The notes below the pieces were generated by a model. It was not told the origin of the DNA and did not search any database. It saw only the letters and a list, made by a program, of their open reading frames with translations. From assembly GCA_963678065.2 (NCBI GenBank), contig CAXXVZ010000002.1:192001-256000 (forward strand): a stretch of 64,000 nucleotides of DNA. Reading direction: 5' to 3'. The DNA is from Treponemataceae bacterium. Lineage in GTDB: Bacteria > Spirochaetota > Spirochaetia > Treponematales > Rectinemataceae. The translations under genes were made by a program, and so were the position numbers. The stretch's first letter is position 1; the number at the start of each line of letters is the position of its first letter. Below, one piece after another: positions 46,752-55,876 of this stretch.

Positions 46752-47687
46752 ATGACCGAATCTGGATTTCGGGGAAGGTTGATTGTCAATTCCGTCTGTC
46801 CACCTGTCGAACTGGATGGTCCGCTGAAGACGGCGATCGAAGCCATCCACGCCAGCTGGCGTTTTCCCGCAGAGAGAAACGACGGGCGGAGAGAACACCG
46901 GCACGAGGTCTTTCACTTCGTCGCGGTGACCGGCGGACGCGGATCTTTCCTTATCGAGGGCGAAAACTGTCCCTTCGACGGCCCCAGCCTCTTCCTCGTC
47001 GATCCTTTCGTCCCCCACGTTTTTTCCACCCGGGCGGCGGAATGCGCCGAATATCACGAGTTCACCTTCGGCGTCCGGGGAAAATCGGCGCCCCGCGGTT
47101 GGGGCGAGTTGCTGACGGCCGTCTTCATGAAGCCCTCTTTATCGGGCCGGTATCCCATTCCCTCCGTTCTGGTCCTGGATGAAGATTCATTCGCCCTGAC
47201 CGGATCCCTGATCAAGGGTATAACCCGAATACTGGTTTCCCGCTCTCCCTCGCCGCTCTTTTCTTCGTATATCAGGATGCTGATCGCATGCGCCTTCGAG
47301 CGCGTCGAAGCGGGGGAACCCGGCGCGGCGGGAAAAGAGGCGTGCGATCCTCTCGAAAAGGCGAAGGCATATCTGGAGCTGCGCTACTCGGAGCGCTTCG
47401 ATCTCGCGCGTTTGGCGGCGGCCGCAGGTCTGTCCGAGAAACATCTCTGCCGCGCCTTCGGGAAGCGCTACGGCACGACGCCCTTCCGCATGAAGCGTGA
47501 GCTCGCGATGAGGAGCGCCGGACGTCTTCTGAGTTCCACGCGGTACCCGATCAAGTCCGTGGCCGAGACTGTCGGATTCGACGACATGTACCATTTTGCC
47601 AAGGCTTTCCGGGCCTGGAGCGGGATGCCGCCGGGGCGCTTCCGGGCCGAGCGGAGCGGCGGGAAGACGGAGCTCCCCGAAGCGTGA
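46752..47687 (+). CDS. AraC-family transcriptional regulator (cupin + HTH)
   Basis: H.H..FH cupin; LSEKHL.R.F...YG.TP, VGF.D.YHF.K.F....G..P..FR; start could be 46713. Confidence 0.9.
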   Translation: MTESGFRGRLIVNSVCPPVELDGPLKTAIEAIHASWRFPAERNDGRREHRHEVFHFVAVTGGRGSFLIEGENCPFDGPSLFLVDPFVPHVFSTRAAECAEYHEFTFGVRGKSAPRGWGELLTAVFMKPSLSGRYPIPSVLVLDEDSFALTGSLIKGITRILVSRSPSPLFSSYIRMLIACAFERVEAGEPGAAGKEACDPLEKAKAYLELRYSERFDLARLAAAAGLSEKHLCRAFGKRYGTTPFRMKRELAMRSAGRLLSSTRYPIKSVAETVGFDDMYHFAKAFRAWSGMPPGRFRAERSGGKTELPEA

Positions 47688-47708
47688 GAGGCCGGGATCG
47701 ACGGCAGA

Positions 47709-48125
47709 TCAGTTTGTGGCGGATGCGCACCCGGCACAGAGACCCTCGATATAAATCTGTATCGATTCGGCGAGGAAACCCTCGGGAAGGGCGAAGGACG
47801 CAGGAAGGGCGGGAACCTGGAGGCGGGGAAGGTCGGATACCGAGCCGCAGACGCGGCAGAGAAAATGGACGTGGGGCGAAATGTCCGCGTCGAAGCGGAG
47901 CTCCGTCCCCGAGATGGTGAGTTTCTGCGCGAGGCCGGAGCGGGCGAAGAGATCGAGGGTGTTGTAAACGGTCGTGCGGGAGAGCGTCGCGATCTCGGGC
48001 GCGAGGGTGGCATGAATGCCGTCCGCCGAAGGATGCGCGCGGGTCGCGGCGAGAGTTTCGTAGATGCGGATGCGCTGGAAGGATGGCTGGATGCCGCGTT
48101 CACGCAGTAAATCGGCGGTACTCAT
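47709..48125 (-). CDS. perR: Fur-family peroxide regulator PerR-like
   Basis: HPSA, TVYNTL, RFD, H.HF.C..C, Asp in VSDL (PerR-type rather than Fur Glu), C..C; co-transcribed with rubrerythrin. Confidence 0.8.
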   Translation of the reverse strand: MSTADLLRERGIQPSFQRIRIYETLAATRAHPSADGIHATLAPEIATLSRTTVYNTLDLFARSGLAQKLTISGTELRFDADISPHVHFLCRVCGSVSDLPRLQVPALPASFALPEGFLAESIQIYIEGLCAGCASATN

Positions 48126-48149
48126 GCCTTCCTTCCTTGGAATTCGCGC

Positions 48150-48698
48150 TTATTTGAAGTACCGGGCGAGAAGTCCGCGGAATGCGGAACCGTGGCGGGC
48201 CTCGTCCTTGCACATCTCGTGGACAGTGTCGTGGATGGCGTCGTAGCCGAGTTCCTTGGCGCGCTTCGCTATCTTGAGCTTGCCCTCGCAGGCGCCGTAT
48301 TCGGCGTCGGCGCGCAGCATGAGGTTGGTCTTGGTGTCGGCGTAGACGACTTCGCCGAGAAGCTCGGCGAAGCGGGAGGCGTGATCGGCCTCTTCGTAGG
48401 CGATGCGGCGGTAGGCCTCGGCGACCTCGGGATAGCCCTCGCGGTCGGCCTGGCGGCTCATGGCGAGATACATTCCGACTTCGGTGCATTCTCCGGTGAA
48501 GTTCATGCGAAGACCCTGGACGACTTCCTCGTCGAGCCCCTTCGCGACGCCGATGCGGTGCTCATCGGCCCAGACGGCGCTGGAGGCCGCTGTCTTCTCG
48601 ACAAATTTCTCTTTGGGGGCGCCGCACTGGGAGCACTTCGCAGGAGTTTCCTCGCCGATGAAGATGTAGCCGCAGACCGAGCATACGAAGGTTTTCAT
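48150..48698 (-). CDS. Reverse rubrerythrin (NADH peroxidase)
   Basis: N-terminal rubredoxin C..C / C..C, then [36 protein letters not shown]. Confidence 0.95.
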   Translation of the reverse strand: MKTFVCSVCGYIFIGEETPAKCSQCGAPKEKFVEKTAASSAVWADEHRIGVAKGLDEEVVQGLRMNFTGECTEVGMYLAMSRQADREGYPEVAEAYRRIAYEEADHASRFAELLGEVVYADTKTNLMLRADAEYGACEGKLKIAKRAKELGYDAIHDTVHEMCKDEARHGSAFRGLLARYFK

Positions 48699-48711
48699 GT
48701 TCTCTCCTTGA

Positions 48712-48739
48712 ATTAAGTACACTGTTGTATTAAGTACAA
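48712..48739. promoter_or_regulatory. Putative Per/Fur box
   Basis: 7-1-7 palindrome TTGTATT-A-AGTACAA (48725-48739); ATTAAGTACA repeated at 48712 and 48729. Confidence 0.55.
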
Positions 48740-48867
48740 TACTTATACACCATGATTCGGAAATATGCAAGCCTGATCTGTGGTTTGATTTTTGGTTGAG
48801 GCAACACGGCCACATCCGAATGAACGAAACCCGAGGCCAAGCTTCAAGGTGTGGACTCGCGTGCGAA

Positions 48868-49662
48868 TCAGCGGGGTTCTTTCCTGTTCGTTCCGACTCC
48901 GCGCAGAAGATCGCTCAGCGCTGCGCCGGCGCGCCTGGTCTCGGCGATGAACGCGTCCATCTGGTCTTCCATTCTTTCCCGCGGCCCGGAAATGCCGATC
49001 GCCGCTTCGACGACTCCCTCGAAATTGTAGACCGGCGCCGCGACGCAGATCACGCTTTTCTCATTTTCTTCTATATCTGTCGCGTATCCCCTCGACCTGA
49101 CGGCGGTCAATTCCTGAGCAAGTTCTCCGGGGTCGACGATAGTGCGGTCGGTGTACTGTTCAAGAGGAGCGCCGCCTAAAAGGCGATCGAGGCGCTCCAC
49201 GTCCAGCGCGCAGATGAGGCATTTGCCGACAGCGGTGCAATGCAGGTCCTCGGTCTCGCCGATGTTCGTGTTGGCCGCTATCGTCTTGGCGGCCCGCTCC
49301 CTGTCGATGAATACAGCCTTGTTTCCCGACAGCACCGCGAGATGGGCGTTCTCTTTCGTCGTATGGGCAAGCCGCTTCAGAATGGGAGACGCGAGATCGG
49401 TGATCTTGAGCTGGTCGTGGAGAGCTGCCGCGAGCTTGTAGATGCCGAAACCGAGACGATACGCCTTTCTGCTCTCGTCCTGTCTGACGAGCCCGAATTT
49501 CATCAGCGTCGAGAGAAGCCTGAACACCGAACTTCTGTCGATGCCTATGGTCTCCGACAGACCGTCCAGACCGCAGGCGATCTCGGGGTTTTCCGCGATG
49601 GTGAAGAGGAGACTCAGAGCCCGGTCGACTGACTGGACGCCCGTGGATTCGCTTTTCGGCAT
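48868..49662 (-). CDS. IclR-family transcriptional regulator
   Basis: [33 protein letters not shown]. Confidence 0.94.
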   Translation of the reverse strand: MPKSESTGVQSVDRALSLLFTIAENPEIACGLDGLSETIGIDRSSVFRLLSTLMKFGLVRQDESRKAYRLGFGIYKLAAALHDQLKITDLASPILKRLAHTTKENAHLAVLSGNKAVFIDRERAAKTIAANTNIGETEDLHCTAVGKCLICALDVERLDRLLGGAPLEQYTDRTIVDPGELAQELTAVRSRGYATDIEENEKSVICVAAPVYNFEGVVEAAIGISGPRERMEDQMDAFIAETRRAGAALSDLLRGVGTNRKEPR

Positions 49663-49712
49663 GCGGACTACTATACGTCCCGGTTCGGGGAAATGCAAGA
49701 ATCACAATTTCA

Positions 49713-49747
49713 TTGACTAATACACAATAGTATTTCATAATACACAA
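49713..49747 (+). promoter_or_regulatory. Sigma70 promoter with direct-repeat operator
   Basis: TTGACT-N17-CATAAT; TAATACACAA at 49718 and 49738. Confidence 0.7.
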
Positions 49748-49762
49748 CACAGGAGATTACTG

Positions 49763-50602
49763 ATGCATTCCACCCCTCCGACGATCGGTGAACTCGAATC
49801 GAAGGCACGAGAAATACGCCGACTCATCCTGCGGACGACCCATCACGCCGGCATGGGTCACACGGGCGGCTCCCTCTCGGAAGCGGATCTGCTCGCCGCG
49901 CTCTTCTTCAAGGTCCTCAGAAACCGCGATCCCGCCAACCCGGACAGGATCGACAGGGACCGCTTCATTCTCTCCAAGGGACACGCATCTCCGGGCTACT
50001 ACGCGGCGCTGGCGTTGCGCGGCTATTTCCCGCCAAAGACGCTCGAGAGCTTCGACACTCTGGGCAGCATCCTGCAAGCCCATCCCGACATGAAGAAGAC
50101 TCCCGGAGTCGACATGTCCTCGGGTTCGCTCGGACAAGGGCTGTCCTGCGGCCTCGGCATGGCTCTGGCCGCGCTGAGGGACCCGGCCATGGCGGGAGTC
50201 AGGATCTTCGTCCTCATGGGCGACGGCGAACTGCAGGAAGGCCAGATTTGGGAAGCGGCGCTCTACGCGGGCGCACACCGACTTCCGGGGCTGATCGGCA
50301 TCGTCGACATGAATGGCGTGCAGCTGGCCTCGAAGACCGACGAGGCGGTGGGGCTTTATCCCCTCGCGGAAAAATGGAGAGCCTTCGGGTGGACCGTGCT
50401 CGAAACCGATGGACACGCGATGGCTTCCCTCGCACAGACGCTCGAGAGCGCGCGCGAACTCGCCTCTTCGGGGCCGGTGCTGGTCATCGCCCGAACGGTC
50501 AAGGGCAAGGGAGTCTCGTTCATGGAAGGGCGATATGAATGGCACGGGAAGGCGCCCGATGACCGCGAGTTCGAGCTCGCGATGCGGGAGATAGGCGAAT
50601 GA
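49763..50602 (+). CDS. Transketolase, N-terminal (ThDP-binding) subunit
   Basis: GH.GGSLS, DRFILSKGH, GSLGQGLS, GDGELQEG..WEA, WHG. Confidence 0.95.
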   Translation: MHSTPPTIGELESKAREIRRLILRTTHHAGMGHTGGSLSEADLLAALFFKVLRNRDPANPDRIDRDRFILSKGHASPGYYAALALRGYFPPKTLESFDTLGSILQAHPDMKKTPGVDMSSGSLGQGLSCGLGMALAALRDPAMAGVRIFVLMGDGELQEGQIWEAALYAGAHRLPGLIGIVDMNGVQLASKTDEAVGLYPLAEKWRAFGWTVLETDGHAMASLAQTLESARELASSGPVLVIARTVKGKGVSFMEGRYEWHGKAPDDREFELAMREIGE

Positions 50603-51582
50603 AGACGGGAGACATGATAGCGCAGAGGACCGCCTTCGGCAGGGCCCTCGTCGATATAGCGGACAACTATCCCCGGATGATGGTATTCGACACCGACGTC
50701 TGCACCTCGACCCAGACGGCGGCATTCAGGCAGGCCTTCCCCGACAGGTTTTACGAGATGGGAATCGCCGAGGCGAACGCGGTCTGCGCGGCCGCCGGCA
50801 TGGCCGCATGCGGCTTCGTGCCCTGGGTATCGGCCTTCGCGGTATTTCTCGCGAAGCGGGCCCTGGACCAGATCCGGGTCTCGGTGGCACAGGCCAGGCT
50901 TCCCGTGAAACTGAACGGCGCCTACGGAGGGCTGCCCTCGGGGCGCGGCGGCGCCACGCACTCTTCCGTGGAGGATATCGCGGTCATGCGCGCGATGCCG
51001 AACATGACAGTCCTCTGCCCCGCCGACGCTGTCGAGACGATGGCCATGACGGAACTCGCCATGAGGATCCCCGGTCCGGTCTACCTGCGGACCGTCCGCT
51101 GCGAAGTGCCGGTGATATTCGATCCGGGATGGATTCCGGAAATCGGCAGAGCCGCCGAGCTCCGACCGGGAAGCGATGTCGCGATCATCTCGGAGGGCAT
51201 GATGACGCAGGTCGCGCTTGAGGCCGCGTCGATCCTCGCGGGGCGGGGAGTCCGCGCGCGGGTCCTCCATTTCGGCACCATCAAGCCCTTCGACGAGGAA
51301 GCCACTGTAGCCGCGGCGCGCGAATGCGGCGCGATCCTCACGCTCGAAAACCACTCGGTCATAGGCGGACTCGGCGGGGCGGTGTGCGAAACGGTGGCTG
51401 CGCGCGCGCCGTGCCGCGTGAGGCGGATCGGTTTCCCCGATGTGTTCATGGAGTCGGGGGACGACGCGGCCATCTTCGAAGGATTCGGAATGAATGCGCA
51501 AGGAGTCGCGGCAGAGGCCCTGAGACTCCTGGCCGACATGCGCCCCGGATACAGGGCAGTGGGCCTGAAGGAGGCACGATGA
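50599..51582 (+). CDS. Transketolase, C-terminal subunit
   Basis: R.AFG, GIAE.N, RA.DQ, GATH...ED, GP.YLR, TIKP.D, E.H...GGLG. Confidence 0.95.
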   Translation: MKTGDMIAQRTAFGRALVDIADNYPRMMVFDTDVCTSTQTAAFRQAFPDRFYEMGIAEANAVCAAAGMAACGFVPWVSAFAVFLAKRALDQIRVSVAQARLPVKLNGAYGGLPSGRGGATHSSVEDIAVMRAMPNMTVLCPADAVETMAMTELAMRIPGPVYLRTVRCEVPVIFDPGWIPEIGRAAELRPGSDVAIISEGMMTQVALEAASILAGRGVRARVLHFGTIKPFDEEATVAAARECGAILTLENHSVIGGLGGAVCETVAARAPCRVRRIGFPDVFMESGDDAAIFEGFGMNAQGVAAEALRLLADMRPGYRAVGLKEAR

Positions 51583-52208
51583 AGATTGCCATCATCAATG
51601 AGACAAGCGCCGCGGATCGGAACGACGACATCCTGCGCGCGCTCGGGGGCCGCAGACACGAACTCATCAATTGCGGCATGAAAAAGAGCGGAGAGCAGCC
51701 GGAACTCACCTACATTCACACAGGCTTCCTCGCGGCCCTGATTCTCGCCGCGGGCAAAGCGGATTTCGTCGTAGGGGGCTGCGGGACAGGCCAGGGATTC
51801 ATAAACTCGGTGCTCCAGTACCCCGGTGTGACCTGCGGGCACATCCAGAGCCCGCTCGATGCCTTCCTGTTCGCGAGGATCAACGGGGGAAACTGTGTCA
51901 GCCTCGCGCTCAACCAGGGTTACGGCTGGGCGGGGGACGTCAATCTGCGTCTGCTGTTCGACCAGCTTTTCACTCCGGAGTGGAGCTCAGGTTACCCCGA
52001 ACACCGGCGGGAATCCCAGGCGCGTTCGCGCTCGCTTCTCCGCGACATTTCCGGCGCCACGCACCGGACGATGGCGGAGATACTCGGCGCGCTCCCGGAC
52101 GGGATTGTCCGTCCCGCCCTCAGGTATCCCGGAATAGAAGAACTTCTTCTCTCGCAACCCTGCGCGGACGGAAAGCTCGACGAAGCGATACGCGGGAGCT
52201 ACGCATGA
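51579..52208 (+). CDS. RpiB/LacA/LacB-family ketol isomerase (DhuI-like long form)
   Basis: MKIA.INE.S, LTYI, DFVV.GCGTGQG, DA.LF..IN.GN, G.GW.G, GYP..R. Confidence 0.88.
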   Translation: MKIAIINETSAADRNDDILRALGGRRHELINCGMKKSGEQPELTYIHTGFLAALILAAGKADFVVGGCGTGQGFINSVLQYPGVTCGHIQSPLDAFLFARINGGNCVSLALNQGYGWAGDVNLRLLFDQLFTPEWSSGYPEHRRESQARSRSLLRDISGATHRTMAEILGALPDGIVRPALRYPGIEELLLSQPCADGKLDEAIRGSYA

Positions 52209-54127
52209 ACGGGATCCCATCCTCCGCGGCGAGGACCGCGCGCGCCAAGGCAATCGCATCGGCGGGGGGCATAGAAGCCGCGCTTTCTTCGGGTGGACTT
52301 CCCGCATTTCAGGACGTATCGCTCTCCGAGGCACTCGTCCTGGGGCTCCTGCGCCAGAGAGTGAGGACCTACATCGGCGTCTTCGGACACGGGACGACCG
52401 AACTTGGCGAAGCCCTCCGGGTCTACGAGTCGGAAGGGCTCGTGAAGGTCGTCAATGTCAGAAGCGAAATCGAGGCCTCGCACATCGCCACCGCCCTGCG
52501 CTGGCACTACGGGGAAGCCGCGGCGGTGTTCACGTCCATAGGGCCGGGCGCGCTCCAGGCCATGTCGGCCTCTCTCGTGCCCCTTTCGAACGGCATCGGC
52601 GTCTATTACCTCCTTGGGGGCGAGACCACACAGGACGAGGGCTACAACATGCAGCAGATTCCCCGGCCGGAGCAGGGGCTTTTCCCGAGACTCTTCGGCA
52701 CGATGGGGACCGCCTACGAGCTGCACACCGGCGAGGCGCTGCCGGCTGCGCTCCGGCGAGGGGCGGCGTCCGTCTTCAGTCCGCTCCAGCCGGGTCCCTG
52801 CTATCTCATTCTTCCCATGAACGTTCAAGCATCTGTCATGCGGGATTTCAACATCGCCGAGCTTCCCCGCAAGCCTGAATATCCGCCCCTCGCCCCGGCA
52901 GTGAACACCCTCTTCGAACAAGCCGTCGAACAGATCCGCGCAAAGGAAAGAATAACCGTGAAGACCGGACACGGGGCGATCTGGCTCGACCGGGACACGC
53001 TCGCTGAACTCCTCGAACGGAGCGACGCCGTCTACGTCCACGGTCCTTCGGCTGTCGGCATCCTGCCCGGAGATCATCCCCGGAACATGACGGTGGGAGG
53101 ATCCAAGGGCTCGGTCGCCGGGAACGCGGCCATGGCGGAGGCGGAGCTCGCCATCACCATCGGCGCAAGGGCCGTCTGCCAGTGGGATTCCTCGGGGACG
53201 GCGTGGAAGAGCACGAAGGCGGTGATCGCCATAAACAGCCGTCACGAGGATGCCTCCCACTACAACGGAAGCCTCTGCCTCGTGGGCGACGCGCAACAGG
53301 TCACGGCGCGGCTTGTCGAAGCGTTGAGGGCAGCCGGGGTGGACAAGGGCGGCTGGGCGGAAACCTCGGCCGGGAAAGAGCCGGTCAGGTCAGCCTGGTT
53401 CCTGGTCAACAGCCGCAGGAGAGAGGCGCTGGACAGCTTCCTCGCCGGACGCGTGTCGACGCCTCCCCTGCCCGATCCCAAGTTCGGCGTCGAACTCCTG
53501 ACCCAACCGGCGGCCATCGGAATCGCGATCGATTTTGCGCACGCAAAGGGAGCGGTCAAATACTTCGACGCGGGCGACGTGCAGGCGAACGGCTTCCAGC
53601 TGACCGAAGACGACTCGCCCGGGATGACGATTACCGATACGGGAGCTTCCTACATGGGATTCGCGTCCTGCGGCATACTCGCCTCGGCCCTCGTCGAGGT
53701 CCCGGATTACCCGATCGCTTTCACGGGCGACGGAAGTTTCACGATGAATCCGCAAGTCCTCATCGACGCGGCAGCCCTGGACCTGCACGGCATGATCATC
53801 CTGTTCGACAACCGGAGGATGGCCGCGATTTCGGGCTTGCAGCAGGTCCAGTATGGCGTCGACTTCAGGACGGACGACACGGTGTCCGTGGACTATGCGA
53901 GGCTCGCCTCCTGCGTCGCGGGAGTCAGGGGCTTCGACGGCGGACACAGCGCAGGGGAGTTTGCCGCAGCGCTCGAAGCAGCCTTTGAATACCCCGGCCT
54001 CTCGCTCGTCCACGTACCTGTCTATTCAGGGCCCGACGAGCGCGGCGGACTCGGGGCGTACGGAGACTGGAATGTCGGCTGCTGGTGCGAGAGAGTGCAG
54101 AAAGAAAAGCACCGGATCGGATTGTGA
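52205..54127 (+). CDS. ThDP-dependent ring hydrolase, divergent IolD-like
   Basis: G.FGHG, TSIGPGA, G.LPGD, G.SYMG, GDGSF.MN, I..LQ, D.A. Confidence 0.75.
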   Translation: MNGIPSSAARTARAKAIASAGGIEAALSSGGLPAFQDVSLSEALVLGLLRQRVRTYIGVFGHGTTELGEALRVYESEGLVKVVNVRSEIEASHIATALRWHYGEAAAVFTSIGPGALQAMSASLVPLSNGIGVYYLLGGETTQDEGYNMQQIPRPEQGLFPRLFGTMGTAYELHTGEALPAALRRGAASVFSPLQPGPCYLILPMNVQASVMRDFNIAELPRKPEYPPLAPAVNTLFEQAVEQIRAKERITVKTGHGAIWLDRDTLAELLERSDAVYVHGPSAVGILPGDHPRNMTVGGSKGSVAGNAAMAEAELAITIGARAVCQWDSSGTAWKSTKAVIAINSRHEDASHYNGSLCLVGDAQQVTARLVEALRAAGVDKGGWAETSAGKEPVRSAWFLVNSRRREALDSFLAGRVSTPPLPDPKFGVELLTQPAAIGIAIDFAHAKGAVKYFDAGDVQANGFQLTEDDSPGMTITDTGASYMGFASCGILASALVEVPDYPIAFTGDGSFTMNPQVLIDAAALDLHGMIILFDNRRMAAISGLQQVQYGVDFRTDDTVSVDYARLASCVAGVRGFDGGHSAGEFAAALEAAFEYPGLSLVHVPVYSGPDERGGLGAYGDWNVGCWCERVQKEKHRIGL

Positions 54128-54179
54128 ACGCAGACTGTGGGCATTGATCGTGAAAGTTGATTGTGAACGCCGACTGAGG
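54120..54179. repeat. 21-bp imperfect direct repeat with a partial middle unit
   Basis: GATTGTGAACGCAGACTGTGG (54120) and GATTGTGAACGCCGACTGAGG (54159), 19/21 identical; GATCGTGAAAG at 54146. Confidence 0.75.
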
Positions 54180-54247
54180 ATACTGCCTTTGAGCAGCGAC
54201 ATCGCGCCGCGCTTGGCCAGTGACCGCAGTGCGGCGCAGGGAGAAAC

Positions 54248-55792
54248 ATGATGACGGGACAAGGACCGAAAAAACTGGGTTATTACGTGAACGGCGGCTG
54301 GAAGGAATCCCTGACAGCCACATACATGGAATGCTTCGACCCATCGGAAGGAGAGGTGATCGCGCTCGCGCCGCAGTGCACGGCGAATGAAGTGGAGGAA
54401 GCCATCGAAGCGGCGAAGAATGCCTTCCTGTCCTGGTCTTCGCTGCCCGCGACGCGGCGCGTCCAGGTGCTCTTCAGGATGAAATCCCTCATGGACAGCC
54501 ATCTGGACGAACTCAGCTCCCTCACGGCGCGGGAACACGGCAAGGTCTGGGACGAGGCGATGGGCGATGTGCTCAAGGCGACCGAGGTCATCGAGTTCGC
54601 CTGCGGCATTCCCCAGCTCATGAAGGGCACGGCCCTCATGGACTGCAGTCCCGGGTACGACACGGTGCAGTGCATGGAGCCGCTGGGCGTATTCGCCGGG
54701 ATCGTACCCTGGAATTTCCCGGCCATGATCCCCATGGGCTGGATGGCGCCTCTGTGCATAGCGACCGGCAACACCATGGTGCTGAAGGCAGCGAGCTTCA
54801 CGCCGCAGACCTCGATGCGCATCATGGAACTCTGGACCGAGGCGGGCCTGCCTCCGGGCGTCCTCAACCTCGTCACCTGCTCGCGCAGAGAGGCGGAGAT
54901 TTTCCTCAGGCATCCCGGCATAAAAGGGGTGAGCTTCGTGGGATCTACGGAGGTCGGCCGACACATCTACGAGACGGCCGCCGCCAACGGAAAACGGGTA
55001 CAGTGCCTCACTGAAGCCAAAAACCACGCACTCGTCCTCGCGGACGCGGCGCTCGAACGGACCGCGGGTGGAATCATCAATTCAGCCTGCGGATGCGCGG
55101 GCGAGCGCTGCATGGCGCTGCCCGTCATCGTGGCCGAAGAGGAGATCGCAGACAGACTTGTGGCTCTCCTGGTCCGAAAGATGGCGGAACTGAAAATCGG
55201 CCCCGCGAATGACAAATCGAGCCGGCTCGGACCGCTCGTGAACGACGCGCACAGGCAAAGCGTCGTGGCCTGGATTGAAAGAGGGCTCGCTGAGGGCGCC
55301 ACACTCGTGCTCGACGGGCGCGGAGTCGTCGTTCCCGGCCATGAGAGGGGATTCTACCTCGGCCCTACGCTATTCGATGACGTACAGCCCGGCATGAGCA
55401 TCGGCGATCGGGAAATCTTCGGACCTGTCGCCTGCGTGAAGCGGGTGAAGGATTTCGAGGAAGGGCTTGCGGTCATGAACGCGAACGAGTTTGCCAATGG
55501 CTCCGTCATCTACACCCAAAGCGGCCACCATGCGAGGGAGTTCGTGCGCCGGACCCACGGAGGCATGGTGGGAGTGAATGTCGGAATCCCCGTGCCGCTC
55601 GGAATTTTCGGCTTCACCGGACACAAGAATTCTTTTTTCGGCGACCTGCACGCCATGGGCACGGACGGAGTGCGGTTTTTCACGGAACTCAAGAATGTCA
55701 CGACGCACTGGTTCTCCGAAGAGGAAGCCCGCGAGGGGCATGTGGCAAACAGCTGGGACGGCACGATCGTCATGCCGGCGCAAAAACTATAA
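54248..55792 (+). CDS. mmsA: CoA-acylating (methyl)malonate-semialdehyde dehydrogenase, IolA/MmsA family
   Basis: EFACGIP, P.NFPAMIP, SFVGST, KRVQ...AKNH, GCAGERCMA, EIFGP, GMVGVN..IPVP, S.FGD. Confidence 0.92.
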   Translation: MMTGQGPKKLGYYVNGGWKESLTATYMECFDPSEGEVIALAPQCTANEVEEAIEAAKNAFLSWSSLPATRRVQVLFRMKSLMDSHLDELSSLTAREHGKVWDEAMGDVLKATEVIEFACGIPQLMKGTALMDCSPGYDTVQCMEPLGVFAGIVPWNFPAMIPMGWMAPLCIATGNTMVLKAASFTPQTSMRIMELWTEAGLPPGVLNLVTCSRREAEIFLRHPGIKGVSFVGSTEVGRHIYETAAANGKRVQCLTEAKNHALVLADAALERTAGGIINSACGCAGERCMALPVIVAEEEIADRLVALLVRKMAELKIGPANDKSSRLGPLVNDAHRQSVVAWIERGLAEGATLVLDGRGVVVPGHERGFYLGPTLFDDVQPGMSIGDREIFGPVACVKRVKDFEEGLAVMNANEFANGSVIYTQSGHHAREFVRRTHGGMVGVNVGIPVPLGIFGFTGHKNSFFGDLHAMGTDGVRFFTELKNVTTHWFSEEEAREGHVANSWDGTIVMPAQKL

Positions 55793-55799
55793 AAAGAAC

Positions 55800-55845
55800 T
55801 TGACAGTTTCGGAAGTCTGGTCAATACTTACTTTAACGTTAATGT
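55800..55845 (+). promoter_or_regulatory. Sigma70 promoter with LacI-type operator
   Basis: TTGACA-N17-AATACT, then palindrome TTAACGTTAA (55833-55842). Confidence 0.68.
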
Positions 55846-55876
55846 GACAATCCATTACAACTATGGAGATCACGCT

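Noticed and set aside
54120..54179. Direct repeats as a mini-CRISPR
   Set aside because: The units are imperfect, the spacer is only 18 nt, the first unit overlaps a CDS, and there are no cas genes.
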